Positions 48,751-58,492 of a stretch of DNA of 64,000 nt are shown piece after piece. The translations under genes were made by a program, and so were the position numbers. Source of the stretch: an uncultured Candidatus Binatia bacterium (lineage in GTDB: Bacteria > Desulfobacterota > Binatia > UBA9968 > JAJDTQ01); the NCBI GenBank assembly GCA_965215605.1, contig OZ244070.1, forward strand, positions 32,001-96,000. Direction: 5' to 3'. The first letter of the stretch is position 1, and each line of letters begins with the position of its first letter. The notes under the pieces were generated by a model, which had not been told where the DNA came from, searched no databases, and saw only the letters and a list, made by a program, of their open reading frames with translations.

Positions 48751-49677
48751 GTGCCAGAGAAATCGCTAGCTAACAAGGTCGTCATCGTAACCGGAGGCGC
48801 TGGCGGCATGGGCACCGTGATGACGCTGGCACTGCTGGAGGACGGCGCCCGTGTAGCCGTGGTGGACAACCAGGAGGAGCGTTGCCAGGCCATGGCGCGG
48901 AGCACCGCGGGCGTGGCGGACGAAGGCGCGCTCATGACCCTCACCGCCGACATCACCAGGGCCGATGAATGCGAGCGGGTGGCCAACGCGGTGATGGACC
49001 GGTTCGGACGGGTGGACGCGCTGGTCAATGCCGCCGGCATCGGTATGCAGACGGTGCGGGCCAACTACATGAGCGAGCCCGTGCGTTTCTGGGAAGTGGA
49101 GCCCGACCGCTGGCAGGCGGTGATGGACGTCAACTGGAAGGGCGCCTTCCTGATGGCCCGGGCGGTCACCCCGCACCTGGTAGAGCAAGGTTCCGGCCGC
49201 ATCGTGAACGTCACCACCAGCCTCGACACCATGTTCCGCGGGGCCTACACCCCCTACGGCATGTCCAAGGCCGCGTTGGAGGCCGCCACCGCGAGCTGGG
49301 CCAAGGACCTGGAAGGCACCGGCGTAACCGTCAACGTGCTGGTGCCCGGCGGACCCACCAACACGAGCTTCATCCCCGAAAGCGCCCCCTTCGACCGCGA
49401 CAAGCTGGTGCAGCCGGGAGTCATGGCCGCGCCCGTCCGCTGGCTCGTGTCCGACGCTTCCCAAGACATCACCGGCTGCCGCTTCGTGGGAAACGACTGG
49501 GATACGGCCCTGGAACCCGACGAGGCCGCCAAGGCAATCTGCCGCCCGGCGGCCTGGCAGGACCTGTCTTCGCAGGCGGCATGGCCCGCCGGAAGTAACT
49601 CCAACCTACCCACAGGAGGTCATCATGGCTTACAGCGCAAAAGGTCGTACCAAGGACTTTCCCGTTTTCGACTGTGA
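48751..49677 (+). CDS. SDR family oxidoreductase
   Basis: TGGAGGMG, VNAAG, YGMSK. The C-terminus overlaps the next gene by 53 bp (possible indel). Confidence 0.85.
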   Translation: MPEKSLANKVVIVTGGAGGMGTVMTLALLEDGARVAVVDNQEERCQAMARSTAGVADEGALMTLTADITRADECERVANAVMDRFGRVDALVNAAGIGMQTVRANYMSEPVRFWEVEPDRWQAVMDVNWKGAFLMARAVTPHLVEQGSGRIVNVTTSLDTMFRGAYTPYGMSKAALEAATASWAKDLEGTGVTVNVLVPGGPTNTSFIPESAPFDRDKLVQPGVMAAPVRWLVSDASQDITGCRFVGNDWDTALEPDEAAKAICRPAAWQDLSSQAAWPAGSNSNLPTGGHHGLQRKRSYQGLSRFRL

Positions 49678-50947
49678 CAGCCACATCTACGAGCCCCCGG
49701 AGGTATGGGACAAGTACATTCCCGAGCGTCATCGCTCGCTGGCGAAGTCGCATTTCTACCGTGATGCGGACCGCCTCGTGCTTGTGCGGAACTCGCGCAT
49801 CAGCTTCCGCAGCCCCAACGAGTGGAAGTATCCGGCGGAAACCTGGCATCCCGGGCTGACCAAAGAGGAAATCGGCAGCGTTCAGCCCGGCACCCCGGAG
49901 TGGGACGCGACCGTCGGGCGCAACGCCAGCGCCCGGGACCCCCACGTCCGGCTCAAGGACATGGATGCCTCCGGCATCGACCAGGTGATGATCTTCCCCT
50001 CCACCTTCGTCTACCTGCCGCTGGTGGAAAACGCCGAGGCCGCCCACCTGTGCGCCCGGGCCTACAACGACTGGGTCTACGACTACTGCGGCGCGGACCG
50101 GAAGCGGATGTATCCCGCCGCGGTGCTGCCCTTGCAGGACGTGGACCGTGCCATCGACGAGCTGAGACGGGTCGCCAAGCGCGGCTTCAAGTCGGCGCTG
50201 GTGCGGCCCATCATCGCCCTCAACCGCTACCCCACCTTTCCGGAGTTCGACCCCTTGTGGAAGGAGTTCGAGGAGCTCGGCATGGTGCTGGGCATGCACA
50301 CCTTCCCGTCCCGGGGCGAGGCCATGTCGCCGGGTCTGGCGGAGCGCATGGGCGCCGACCGCAAGCGCCTGTTCGGCGACGAGGACATCCTGGTCTACTC
50401 GCCCGGCCAGTTCGTCGCCAACATCATGCAGGCCATGGGGTCCAAGCAGGCCGGCGACGCCGCCTACGGGTTCATCGCCGAGGCCATGACCTGGACCGGC
50501 GTGGTGCTGATGACCGGCTGGCTCGAGAAGTTCCCGCGCCTCAAGGTGGCGATTCTGGAGTCCAACTCGAGCTGGCTGCCGCTGGTGCTGGAGAAGGCCG
50601 AAGGCTACCTGGAGCTCTACCGGCATACCAACGAGAACATCGGCGATCCCAAGGAGGTTTTCTACAAGAGCTGCTTCATCGCCTTCGAGGGCGACGAAGA
50701 GATCACCTTCCGGCTCTGGGACCTGTACGAGGACATCGGCCTGTGGTCGTCCGACATGCCCCACCTCGACGCCGCCGACGTGTGGGAAGCCATGGACGCC
50801 ATGACCAAGCACAACGTCCCGAAGCACGTCCAGGAGAAGATGCTGGGCGGCAATGCCCGCCGCCTCTACGGCATCGAGCCGGAGTTGGTGGTGACGCAGG
50901 CGCCGGACGAGTACACGCCGGTGACGATGTCGCGGTTCGCGTCGTAA
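49625..50947 (+). CDS. Amidohydrolase_2 family protein
   Basis: FDCDSHIYEP, GMH, ILES, WSSDMPH; AGGAGG RBS. Confidence 0.85.
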   Translation: MAYSAKGRTKDFPVFDCDSHIYEPPEVWDKYIPERHRSLAKSHFYRDADRLVLVRNSRISFRSPNEWKYPAETWHPGLTKEEIGSVQPGTPEWDATVGRNASARDPHVRLKDMDASGIDQVMIFPSTFVYLPLVENAEAAHLCARAYNDWVYDYCGADRKRMYPAAVLPLQDVDRAIDELRRVAKRGFKSALVRPIIALNRYPTFPEFDPLWKEFEELGMVLGMHTFPSRGEAMSPGLAERMGADRKRLFGDEDILVYSPGQFVANIMQAMGSKQAGDAAYGFIAEAMTWTGVVLMTGWLEKFPRLKVAILESNSSWLPLVLEKAEGYLELYRHTNENIGDPKEVFYKSCFIAFEGDEEITFRLWDLYEDIGLWSSDMPHLDAADVWEAMDAMTKHNVPKHVQEKMLGGNARRLYGIEPELVVTQAPDEYTPVTMSRFAS

Positions 50948-51099
50948 AGGATTACCTCTCAACAGTAGTGCACGAGACACCGTATCGCGTCGTCGCTCCC
51001 CGCTGGCGGCAACGCGACGCGCGATGGTGGGCTGTCGCTGCTTACCGTCAACACCGTACCTTCGCCTTGACTTGGCTTTGCCTGCGACGGCGTCGCCGC

Positions 51100-52260
51100 T
51101 CACGCAACCACGTCACCGGACTCTCCGCCGAACACTTCGTGCAACATGGCCGGGACGAGAGCGTCCAGATCCTTGGCCGTCTCAGCGTGAGCTTCACGTA
51201 CTGCTCGCACCTTTGCCTGTAAACGGTTGAACCAGCACTGCTTCTCGATCGACGGAAGGGGGACTTCTATCGCAGCGAGTTTTTTCAAGCCGAGCGTCCG
51301 ATTACGGCCAGCCCCGCCAGGCGACGCCTCACCAAGGTTCCGCAGCCCTTCATGAGTGAGGAAGTAATAGAACAAGAAATCGACAGTCGCGACTACCGGA
51401 TCAGGTACACAGGTCAGGAACCGATGGGAACCGACCCGGCCGTCGTCTTCATCTTTGGCGATTGCAACTGCGCCTTCCCAAGCGAAGACGATATTGAACA
51501 CAAGGTCGCGGGTGGCGATGCCGTAGAGCCTTTTTCCACCGACGGCTGTGCCCTCCAGTGCCGGTTTGTGGAAAGTACCTTTGCCAAACGACCGGACCCC
51601 AAGTTCGGGATAGTTCTTGTCCGGCTGAACCTCGACCGGCCTCCGCACGAGTGGTGCGACTTCCTCCATTGGCAAAGAATCCGCACCGGATACCACCTTC
51701 TCGAACGCCTTTCCAAGAAGCGAGTCCATGTCCCGGTCAGCCACTGCAAGCTCCCGTTTTCGCTCCTCTACCAGTGCCGCCACGCGGTCAAGGCGCGAGA
51801 CAGTGCACCGTTGTTCGTTGAGGGGTGGAACGTATAAACCGGTCGCCAATAACCTCTCTTCTTTCAACCGAATACGATTCGTCGACCCCTCGCTCGCGCG
51901 TCTACACAGGTCTACGAACCCGTTCGTCTTCGAGTACCACTCCAAGTACAGCGGATAGACTTGAGAACTGTCGATATCAAATGCTGGAAAGTCACCGCTC
52001 ACAAGCGCCCCGTCAAGCTCCGCAGGTACAATCCCAAAGGCTCCGTGTCGCGCGTCGATCCGTGAGAGTAAGAATTGGCCTTCCCTGACCTGAACTTGCC
52101 GTTTGGCCGCAATCTTGGATCCGGCCACCCGACCTCGAAGTTTGAGACCCTTACCCCAGAGACGTGCCGTAACCTGCATGTAGACTTGGGTTGGTTCGGG
52201 CTCCACCCAGTTGTCCGATCGGGTCAGGAACGACCCGATCGGGAGCATTCGTCGTCCCAT
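51100..52260 (-). CDS. hsdS: Type I restriction-modification specificity subunit
   Basis: Two TRD-like halves ending in VPPLNEQ and LPSIEKQ; TGATG-coupled to hsdM. Confidence 0.85.
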   Translation of the reverse strand: MGRRMLPIGSFLTRSDNWVEPEPTQVYMQVTARLWGKGLKLRGRVAGSKIAAKRQVQVREGQFLLSRIDARHGAFGIVPAELDGALVSGDFPAFDIDSSQVYPLYLEWYSKTNGFVDLCRRASEGSTNRIRLKEERLLATGLYVPPLNEQRCTVSRLDRVAALVEERKRELAVADRDMDSLLGKAFEKVVSGADSLPMEEVAPLVRRPVEVQPDKNYPELGVRSFGKGTFHKPALEGTAVGGKRLYGIATRDLVFNIVFAWEGAVAIAKDEDDGRVGSHRFLTCVPDPVVATVDFLFYYFLTHEGLRNLGEASPGGAGRNRTLGLKKLAAIEVPLPSIEKQCWFNRLQAKVRAVREAHAETAKDLDALVPAMLHEVFGGESGDVVA

Positions 52261-53825
52261 CACACTGGCTCCGCCAAAGCCGCCCTAATCTCATCCATGA
52301 TCTCCAGCACGCGGCGTTCCTTTCCGATGATGTCCTCGACGATCTCCGCGGGCGTGCGGTGCTCCTCGACCACATCCAAGTGGGGATTCTTCACATCAAG
52401 ATTACAGCCCGTCACCCGCCCGTCCTCGTCACGCACGATCAACCCCGCCGCATCGACCTGCCATGCGTGCTCGTTCGCCTCCCGCTCCTTCCACCATGCG
52501 AGACAGGGCGCAAACTCGTCGAAGGAAAGCGGTGCGGTCTTTGAATATTTCTTGCGGCCCTCGGGCCTCGGCTGTTCGTAGAACCAGATCGAGCGCGTAG
52601 GCCCAGAGGTGTCGAAAAAGATCAGGTTCGTTGGAATATCGGCGTAGGGCGCGAACACCCCTTCCGGCAGGCGCACGATGGTATGCAGATTGAAGTTTTC
52701 CAGGAGATCGGCCTTGATCCGCGCGCTGATTCCGTCACCGAACAGTATTCCGTTGGGAACGACTACGGCGGCGCGCCCTTCGCCCCCGCGCTTGAGTCTC
52801 CGCATGATGACCTGAAGGAACAGCAGTGCTGTCTCGGCAGTCCGCTGATCGTCAGGGAAGTTGTTGAGGATACCCGCCTCCTCCTCTCCGCCAAAAGGGG
52901 GGTTTGTCAGGATCAGATTGACGCGCTGATCGCCGCCGACCTCGGCCAAGCGGTAGCGAAGGGAATTGCCGGGATCGATACGGGGAGCACGAAGGCCGTG
53001 CAGCAGCAAGTTCATCTGCGCCAGCAAGAAGGGCAACGTCTTGGCCTCACCGCCGAAGATACTGTGTTCCTGAACCGTGGCTCCGTCGGCCTCGGTCTTC
53101 GCCTGGGCCATTAGATGTTCGAAGGATTCGGTAAGGAAACCGCCGGTCCCGCACGCCGGGTCGAGCACCGTTTCCCCCAGTCGCGGGTCCGTCACCTCTA
53201 CCATAAAGCGGACCACAGGCCGTGGCGTATAGAACTCGCCGCTGTCGCCCGCTGCATCACGCATCTCCCGAAGCAGCGTTTCGTAGAGCCTCCCGAGCGT
53301 GTGCACTTCCTCCGAGACTTGGAAGTGGATTCCGTCAATCAAGTTCACTACGTCACGCAGCAGGTATCCGCTTTCCATACGGTTTGAGAAACCCTGGAAT
53401 ACGGTCGCGATGACGTCGCGCCGTTCTCGCTGGCCGTCGTCGCCCCGTAGACCCCGGAGGTAGTTGAAAAGGCCGGGGCCCCTGGAGCTGTCCAGCCGTT
53501 CCGCCTCCTCGCTCACAAGAAAGGTGAGTAGGTCAGGACCGGTGATGCCATCTGCTGCCGCCGCCCAGTCACGCCAGCGATAGGGAGGCTCGATGACGGG
53601 CCTGTAGTCCGTCCCGGAAAGTGCGGCGTTCGTCTCCTCGACGTGCTCCATGTCATCAAGAAACTTGAGAAACATGATCCACGTCAGCATTGGCAGGCGG
53701 TCAAGGTCCCCGTTCAGGCCCTTGTCCTTGCGCATGATCCGGCGCGCAGACTTGACGATGCTGTCGAGCCGCTGCGCCGTCGTCTGTTTCTGCGACCCGG
53801 CCTTCCTACCCCCCCTCTTCGCCAC
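52260..53825 (-). CDS. hsdM: Type I restriction-modification N6-adenine methyltransferase
   Basis: GEFYTPR, DPACGTGGFL, TNPPF. Confidence 0.93.
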   Translation of the reverse strand: MAKRGGRKAGSQKQTTAQRLDSIVKSARRIMRKDKGLNGDLDRLPMLTWIMFLKFLDDMEHVEETNAALSGTDYRPVIEPPYRWRDWAAAADGITGPDLLTFLVSEEAERLDSSRGPGLFNYLRGLRGDDGQRERRDVIATVFQGFSNRMESGYLLRDVVNLIDGIHFQVSEEVHTLGRLYETLLREMRDAAGDSGEFYTPRPVVRFMVEVTDPRLGETVLDPACGTGGFLTESFEHLMAQAKTEADGATVQEHSIFGGEAKTLPFLLAQMNLLLHGLRAPRIDPGNSLRYRLAEVGGDQRVNLILTNPPFGGEEEAGILNNFPDDQRTAETALLFLQVIMRRLKRGGEGRAAVVVPNGILFGDGISARIKADLLENFNLHTIVRLPEGVFAPYADIPTNLIFFDTSGPTRSIWFYEQPRPEGRKKYSKTAPLSFDEFAPCLAWWKEREANEHAWQVDAAGLIVRDEDGRVTGCNLDVKNPHLDVVEEHRTPAEIVEDIIGKERRVLEIMDEIRAALAEPV

Positions 53826-53842
53826 CCTACGTCTCCTTCCAC

Positions 53843-56230
53843 CTATGCGGCGTAAAGCCGTTTCTGCATCTCCGCGACGGCCTCTCTTACCTGCTCAGCG
53901 CCACCGAACCTGTCCGAAATTTCGATAACGTTCCCCCAACCCGAAATCGGCGGGATCTGAAGGATGTCCGGCAACTTGAACAGTACACTGCCGTGCTCTG
54001 CATACTTGTCCAGCATCGCATCGAGAACCTCCCGCGCCGCCGGACCGTATCGCTCGAAGAACGTCGTTTCCTCCTGCTTCATGCGACTGGCGCGTTCACG
54101 TCGGGTTCGGAGTGACGCATTGAAGGCCAAGTGACACAGTAGGTCGAACGGGTCCGCCTCCGGCTTGTCAACCGCCTCGGCAAGAGTCTCGATGTCGATG
54201 CCCTTTTCCAAAAGCCGGTCGGCAATCTCCGCCCGGCGCCCGGGATCCAGCCGGTCCCTACGAAGATCGGACGCGTTCGGATACAGAGTGCGGAGCTTTT
54301 CTGCCGTGTAGTCGGTAAGCTGGCGGCAGGCGAGCTTCTTCCCCTCCGAGTCCAACTCGTAGACCAAGTGCTTCACGATCTCGACCTGGCCCCCGTCGAC
54401 GTAGTACTTCCGACGAACGCCGTTTCCTTCGCCGCCGTCGATCCCGTCCGGTGGCAGTATTCCGCCAGGATCGGGAGCTAGGTCAAGGGGATCAGGCTCC
54501 GGCCCGCAGGTGATCGATGTATCGATGACGCCCCCTGTCTCGTCAATGACGTCTTCCTGCTCATGTGTAGGAACGCCGTCGAAGTCGGGATCAGCGAACT
54601 TCTCGGTCGCCGTGCCGGTATAGTCTATGATACTGAACGCGAGCTTGCCGTAGTCGGTGCGCAGTCGCGTGCCGCGTCCAATGATCTGCTTGAATTCCGG
54701 CATTGAGCCCACGACCCGAGCTAACACCACGTTCTTGCACGTCGGAGCATCGACGCCCGTAGTCAGCAGTTGCGAGGTGGTCAGAATCACGGGAGATCGC
54801 GTCTCCACATCCTGAAACTTTGCCCGGTGAGCGCTACCGATATCGCCCTCGTCCGCCGTCACTCGACACACATAGTCAGGATATTGCTTGATCAGATCCA
54901 CATTGAGCTCGGCGAGCGCGCCACGCATCTCCAGCGCATGTTCCTGATCTACACAGAAGACGATTGTCTTTGCAAAGCGGTCGGTCTCGCGCATGAACCC
55001 GGCGAGGTGTCGGGCGATGGCCTTCGTCCTCGCCTTGATCGCGACCAAGCGCTCGAAGTCTGGGGTGTGGTATTCGCCGTCCGGGATCTCGCGTCCATAC
55101 CGGTCAAGTTCCCCCTTGCTCGGACGCCATCCGGTGGCATCGTAGTCTGTGATTACACGATGCACACGGAAGGGAGCAAGGAAACCGTCCTCGATTCCTT
55201 GGGCGAGACTGTACTGGTAAATCGGGGCGCCGAAGTAAGCGTAGGTGTCTACCTTGTCTTCGCGACGCGGCGTGGCTGTCATGCCGATCTGGGTCGCGGG
55301 CTCGAACCACTCCAGAATCTCGCGCCAGTTGCTATCGTCGCGTGCACTGCCCCTGTGACACTCATCGACGACGACCAGATCAAAGAAATCCCGGGAGTAC
55401 TCCCGATACAAGCCCGGCCGGCTCTCGTCGCGGGCGATGCTCTGATAGGTCGCAAAGTACATGTCGCGGCTCTTGGAAGCGTCACCGCCGACGATCTTGT
55501 GGCGGGCGTCTCGGAACGCGCTGAAGTCCTTCGCCATCGGGTCGTCTACAAGGACGTTGCGGTCTGCCAGGAAGAGCATCTTGGGCCTGCTCGCGGCACT
55601 CTTGATGTTCCAGCGGGCGGACCAGAGTTTCCAGGCAATCTGGAACGCGACAGCCGTTTTCCCCGACCCGGTGCAGAGCGTCAACAAGATGCGTTTATGC
55701 CCGGAGACAACAGCCTGGACCGCACGGTTGACGGCGGTTTCCTGGTAGTACCGCAACGGCCTGCTGTTATCGGGATGGGTTGGCGTCAGGAGTTGCTCGA
55801 CTGTCGTTTCCACCGTCAGCCCTTCCGCCAGACACTGTCGCTGCCAGAGTTCCTCGGGCGACGGGAAGGTGCTTACGGGCCGCTCCATGCCGGTGGTGTA
55901 GTCGATCTCAATGATTTCCACACCGTTGGTGGCGTACGCGAACTTGAGCCCGAGTATCTCAGCGTATTCCCGCGCTTGCTGAAGCCCCTCGGCGGCATTC
56001 TTGTAGCGCGCCTTGGCTTCCACGACCGCGATGGGGAAGTCGGGCCGGTATCGCAGGATGTAGTCTGCGCGCTTCTGTTTGCCACGGCGCGCCGTGCCGC
56101 CCACGAATACAATGCGCCCGTCCGTGAACGTCCGCTGTTCGTTGATCGCGTGAGGCGGATCGTCCCAGCCTGCTCCCTGGAGCTTGGGGACGACGAATTT
56201 GCGGCAGGTGTCAGCCTCGGTTTCAGTCAT
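53843..56230 (-). CDS. hsdR: Type I restriction endonuclease R subunit (EcoEI/EcoAI-like)
   Basis: ADY...VVEAK nuclease, RYYQ, TGSGKT, DECHRG, MTATP, TGVD, QIIGRGTR. Confidence 0.92.
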   Translation of the reverse strand: MTETEADTCRKFVVPKLQGAGWDDPPHAINEQRTFTDGRIVFVGGTARRGKQKRADYILRYRPDFPIAVVEAKARYKNAAEGLQQAREYAEILGLKFAYATNGVEIIEIDYTTGMERPVSTFPSPEELWQRQCLAEGLTVETTVEQLLTPTHPDNSRPLRYYQETAVNRAVQAVVSGHKRILLTLCTGSGKTAVAFQIAWKLWSARWNIKSAASRPKMLFLADRNVLVDDPMAKDFSAFRDARHKIVGGDASKSRDMYFATYQSIARDESRPGLYREYSRDFFDLVVVDECHRGSARDDSNWREILEWFEPATQIGMTATPRREDKVDTYAYFGAPIYQYSLAQGIEDGFLAPFRVHRVITDYDATGWRPSKGELDRYGREIPDGEYHTPDFERLVAIKARTKAIARHLAGFMRETDRFAKTIVFCVDQEHALEMRGALAELNVDLIKQYPDYVCRVTADEGDIGSAHRAKFQDVETRSPVILTTSQLLTTGVDAPTCKNVVLARVVGSMPEFKQIIGRGTRLRTDYGKLAFSIIDYTGTATEKFADPDFDGVPTHEQEDVIDETGGVIDTSITCGPEPDPLDLAPDPGGILPPDGIDGGEGNGVRRKYYVDGGQVEIVKHLVYELDSEGKKLACRQLTDYTAEKLRTLYPNASDLRRDRLDPGRRAEIADRLLEKGIDIETLAEAVDKPEADPFDLLCHLAFNASLRTRRERASRMKQEETTFFERYGPAAREVLDAMLDKYAEHGSVLFKLPDILQIPPISGWGNVIEISDRFGGAEQVREAVAEMQKRLYAA

Positions 56231-56601
56231 TGGAGTTCCTTGACAGTCAACCTCCCTCGGTCACGTGAACGTCAACCGAGTAACCGACGATGAAGCTTGG
56301 CGAATTGCGCGACCACAACCTTGGGTATTCGGCTGCGCGCCAGTCTTGAGAAACGTGCTGATGTAACCAATGACAAACTCACTGTCAAAAATCCAACGCT
56401 TGCAACCCGCAACGGTCCGACGTAGGACTTCGCATCCGGGACCAAGACAATCCCACTCTGACCGAGCATCCGCGCCGAGGGCCGGATGGAGATCGTTCTT
56501 GTCCTTGCGAAGCCTCGTTCCGTCGGAAGCGCACCGTCCGAACCTCCGACTTCGGTGCGAAGCGGAAGCGTGAGATAGTCCTGATTCGGGACTTTATGTT
56601 C

Positions 56602-56639
56602 TTGACAGTTAAACCAGGAGTGTGTATTTTGATACACAC
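56602..56639 (+). promoter_or_regulatory. hicAB promoter with palindromic operator
   Basis: TTGACA(56602-07)-N17-TATTTT; perfect inverted repeat GTGTGTAT-tttg-ATACACAC (56620-56639) over the -10. Confidence 0.7.
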
Positions 56640-56649
56640 AAGGGGTCAT

Positions 56650-56838
56650 GTGGAGCGCAACAGCCGCAAGCTAATCAGACTTCTGGAACAAGACGGCTGG
56701 GTGTGCGTCGCTGTCAAAGGCGACCACTGGCAGTTCAAACATCCTCTCAAGAAGGGGCGTGTGACCGTGCCACACCCGAGGCGGGACATCAAACCTGGCA
56801 CGATCATTTCGATCTACAGGCAAGCGGGCTGGAGGTAA
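56650..56838 (+). CDS. hicA: HicA toxin (mRNA interferase)
   Basis: LEQDGW...KGDHWQFKHP...VTVPHP..DI..GT..SI..QAG. Confidence 0.92.
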   Translation: MERNSRKLIRLLEQDGWVCVAVKGDHWQFKHPLKKGRVTVPHPRRDIKPGTIISIYRQAGWR

Positions 56839-56846
56839 CAAAGGGA

Positions 56847-57269
56847 ATGGCCATGCTCTACATCGCCTTCGTCCACCGAGATGATGAACCGGGTTTCGGT
56901 ATTAGCTTTCCCGACTTTCCGGGATGCGTGTCCGACGGCGACAACATTGATGAGACCATTCGGCGTGGCGCTACTGCGCTCGCCTTTCATATCGAGGGCA
57001 TGATCCAAGACGGGGAGGCAATCCCGAAGCCGCGTTCGCTTGAGGATATCGAAGCGGATCCGAACCTCGCAGAATGGCGGGAAGGAGCGACCATCTGTTT
57101 CATCCCCGCGGTCATCGACAAAGGGTCGCCACGGCGCGTCAATGTCTCCCTGGATTACGGCCTTTTGCAGGCCATAGATGACGAGGCCAAGCGGCGCGGC
57201 ATGACCCGCTCCGCATTTCTTTCCAGCGCTGCCCGAAACGAGATTCAGGAGCGAAATCTCGGCAGGTAG
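56847..57269 (+). CDS. hicB: HicB antitoxin with C-terminal RHH
   Basis: FPDFPGCVSDG; RVNVSL...IDDEAKRRGMTRSAFL. Confidence 0.92.
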   Translation: MAMLYIAFVHRDDEPGFGISFPDFPGCVSDGDNIDETIRRGATALAFHIEGMIQDGEAIPKPRSLEDIEADPNLAEWREGATICFIPAVIDKGSPRRVNVSLDYGLLQAIDDEAKRRGMTRSAFLSSAARNEIQERNLGR

Positions 57270-57287
57270 ATCAACCGCGACGTCAAA

Positions 57288-58043
57288 CTAACTACCGACC
57301 ACCGGACCCAGGTCCGGCATCTCGGACAGGAGCCGGCCGTAGCCGGGGATGGGCTGGCGGAAGCCCAGGCGTAGCTGGGTTTCCCAGCTCCGGGCAGTGA
57401 GGGGGTATATCACCGGTACGCCTACGCTGTCCTCGATGTCTTCGAGGACGTCCAGGACCTTCCAGGCCGACCCCAGCAGGTACAGGGCCTCGGCGCCCGG
57501 ATGGCGCCGGAACGACTGCTTCAAATGCTCGGCGATTTCCGTGGCCGGGATGTTCGGCACCTCGTGGAACGGCGCGTCCATGCCCTCCATGGCGATGACG
57601 TCAAAGCCGGCTTCCCGCAGGTAGCTGGCGAAGATGTCGTTGAGGTTGTCGGGCAGGTAGGTACCGCCGAGCAGGCGCTTGATCCCGAGGGCGCGGAGCG
57701 CGCGCACGTGGTTCTGGCCCGACGTAAACATGGGCACGCCGTATTTCTCTTCCCAGCCCCGTATGACCCGGCTCTCGCCGTCGAACCCCAGAATCATGAA
57801 GGGCGGCGCGCCGAGCACGCGGATGAGGTTGGGCTTCTCCCCCATGAGCCCCGCGGCCTTGGCCTCGTAGCCGGGGATGGAGCGGGCGAACTCTTCCTCG
57901 GTCCCCTCCTGAAAGTCCATGGTGACGTGGACAAGCCTGATGGCCGGCGGTAACCGGCGGTCGAGCTCGTTGTCGCCCAAGGTCCCGGTGCGGTTGGTGG
58001 GCCATACGGAGCCCACCACGAATTCACGATCCTGTTGGGCCAT
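57288..58043 (-). CDS. Maleate isomerase/arylmalonate decarboxylase (Asp/Glu racemase fold) homologue
   Basis: ALRALGIKR..TY, YLREAGFDV, IEDSVGVPVI, IPGYGRLL; contains no Cys. Confidence 0.75.
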   Translation of the reverse strand: MAQQDREFVVGSVWPTNRTGTLGDNELDRRLPPAIRLVHVTMDFQEGTEEEFARSIPGYEAKAAGLMGEKPNLIRVLGAPPFMILGFDGESRVIRGWEEKYGVPMFTSGQNHVRALRALGIKRLLGGTYLPDNLNDIFASYLREAGFDVIAMEGMDAPFHEVPNIPATEIAEHLKQSFRRHPGAEALYLLGSAWKVLDVLEDIEDSVGVPVIYPLTARSWETQLRLGFRQPIPGYGRLLSEMPDLGPVVGS

Positions 58044-58049
58044 GTCCGA

Positions 58050-58454
58050 TCAGTCCTCGTAGGGCAGGTGGGACTCGTCGGTGGCCGCCCAGCCGGCGCG
58101 GTTGTCCCAGTAGCGGTGAGCCGACGGTCCCTCGCCGGGCTCGTCGTCGAGGCTGCCGGCGGGAACGGTCATGCGCGAGCGGTCCCGGGTGGGACGCGCT
58201 ACCGGGCAGTTGCACTTGCTGCAGACGGCGATGGCGAACGCGCGCGCCTCGGGCATGTCCCACCGGGAAATCACATCCTCGCCTGAGATCCACTTGAACT
58301 GCTCCAGCGGCACCGAGATGTTGCTGGACTTCACCCCGCCCGTGGCCTTGCGGCACCGCATGCAGTAGCAGTGGGCGAAGCGGATGAACGGCGGGCTGAT
58401 TTCAAATCGGACGGCCTTGCACAGACAACTGCCCTTTAGCGTCTTCTCTGCCAT
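58050..58454 (-). CDS. GFA/CENP-V family Zn protein
   Basis: GSCLCKAVRF, HCYCMRCRK, CSKC. Confidence 0.88.
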   Translation of the reverse strand: MAEKTLKGSCLCKAVRFEISPPFIRFAHCYCMRCRKATGGVKSSNISVPLEQFKWISGEDVISRWDMPEARAFAIAVCSKCNCPVARPTRDRSRMTVPAGSLDDEPGEGPSAHRYWDNRAGWAATDESHLPYED

Positions 58455-58492
58455 GTCTACTCCGGGTGCAAGTGAAGTGGGGGGTTCGCGGA

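Noticed and set aside
56272-56649. 125-aa ORF upstream of hsdR as an accessory defence gene
   Set aside because: No recognisable motif or RBS, and it overlaps the hicAB promoter.
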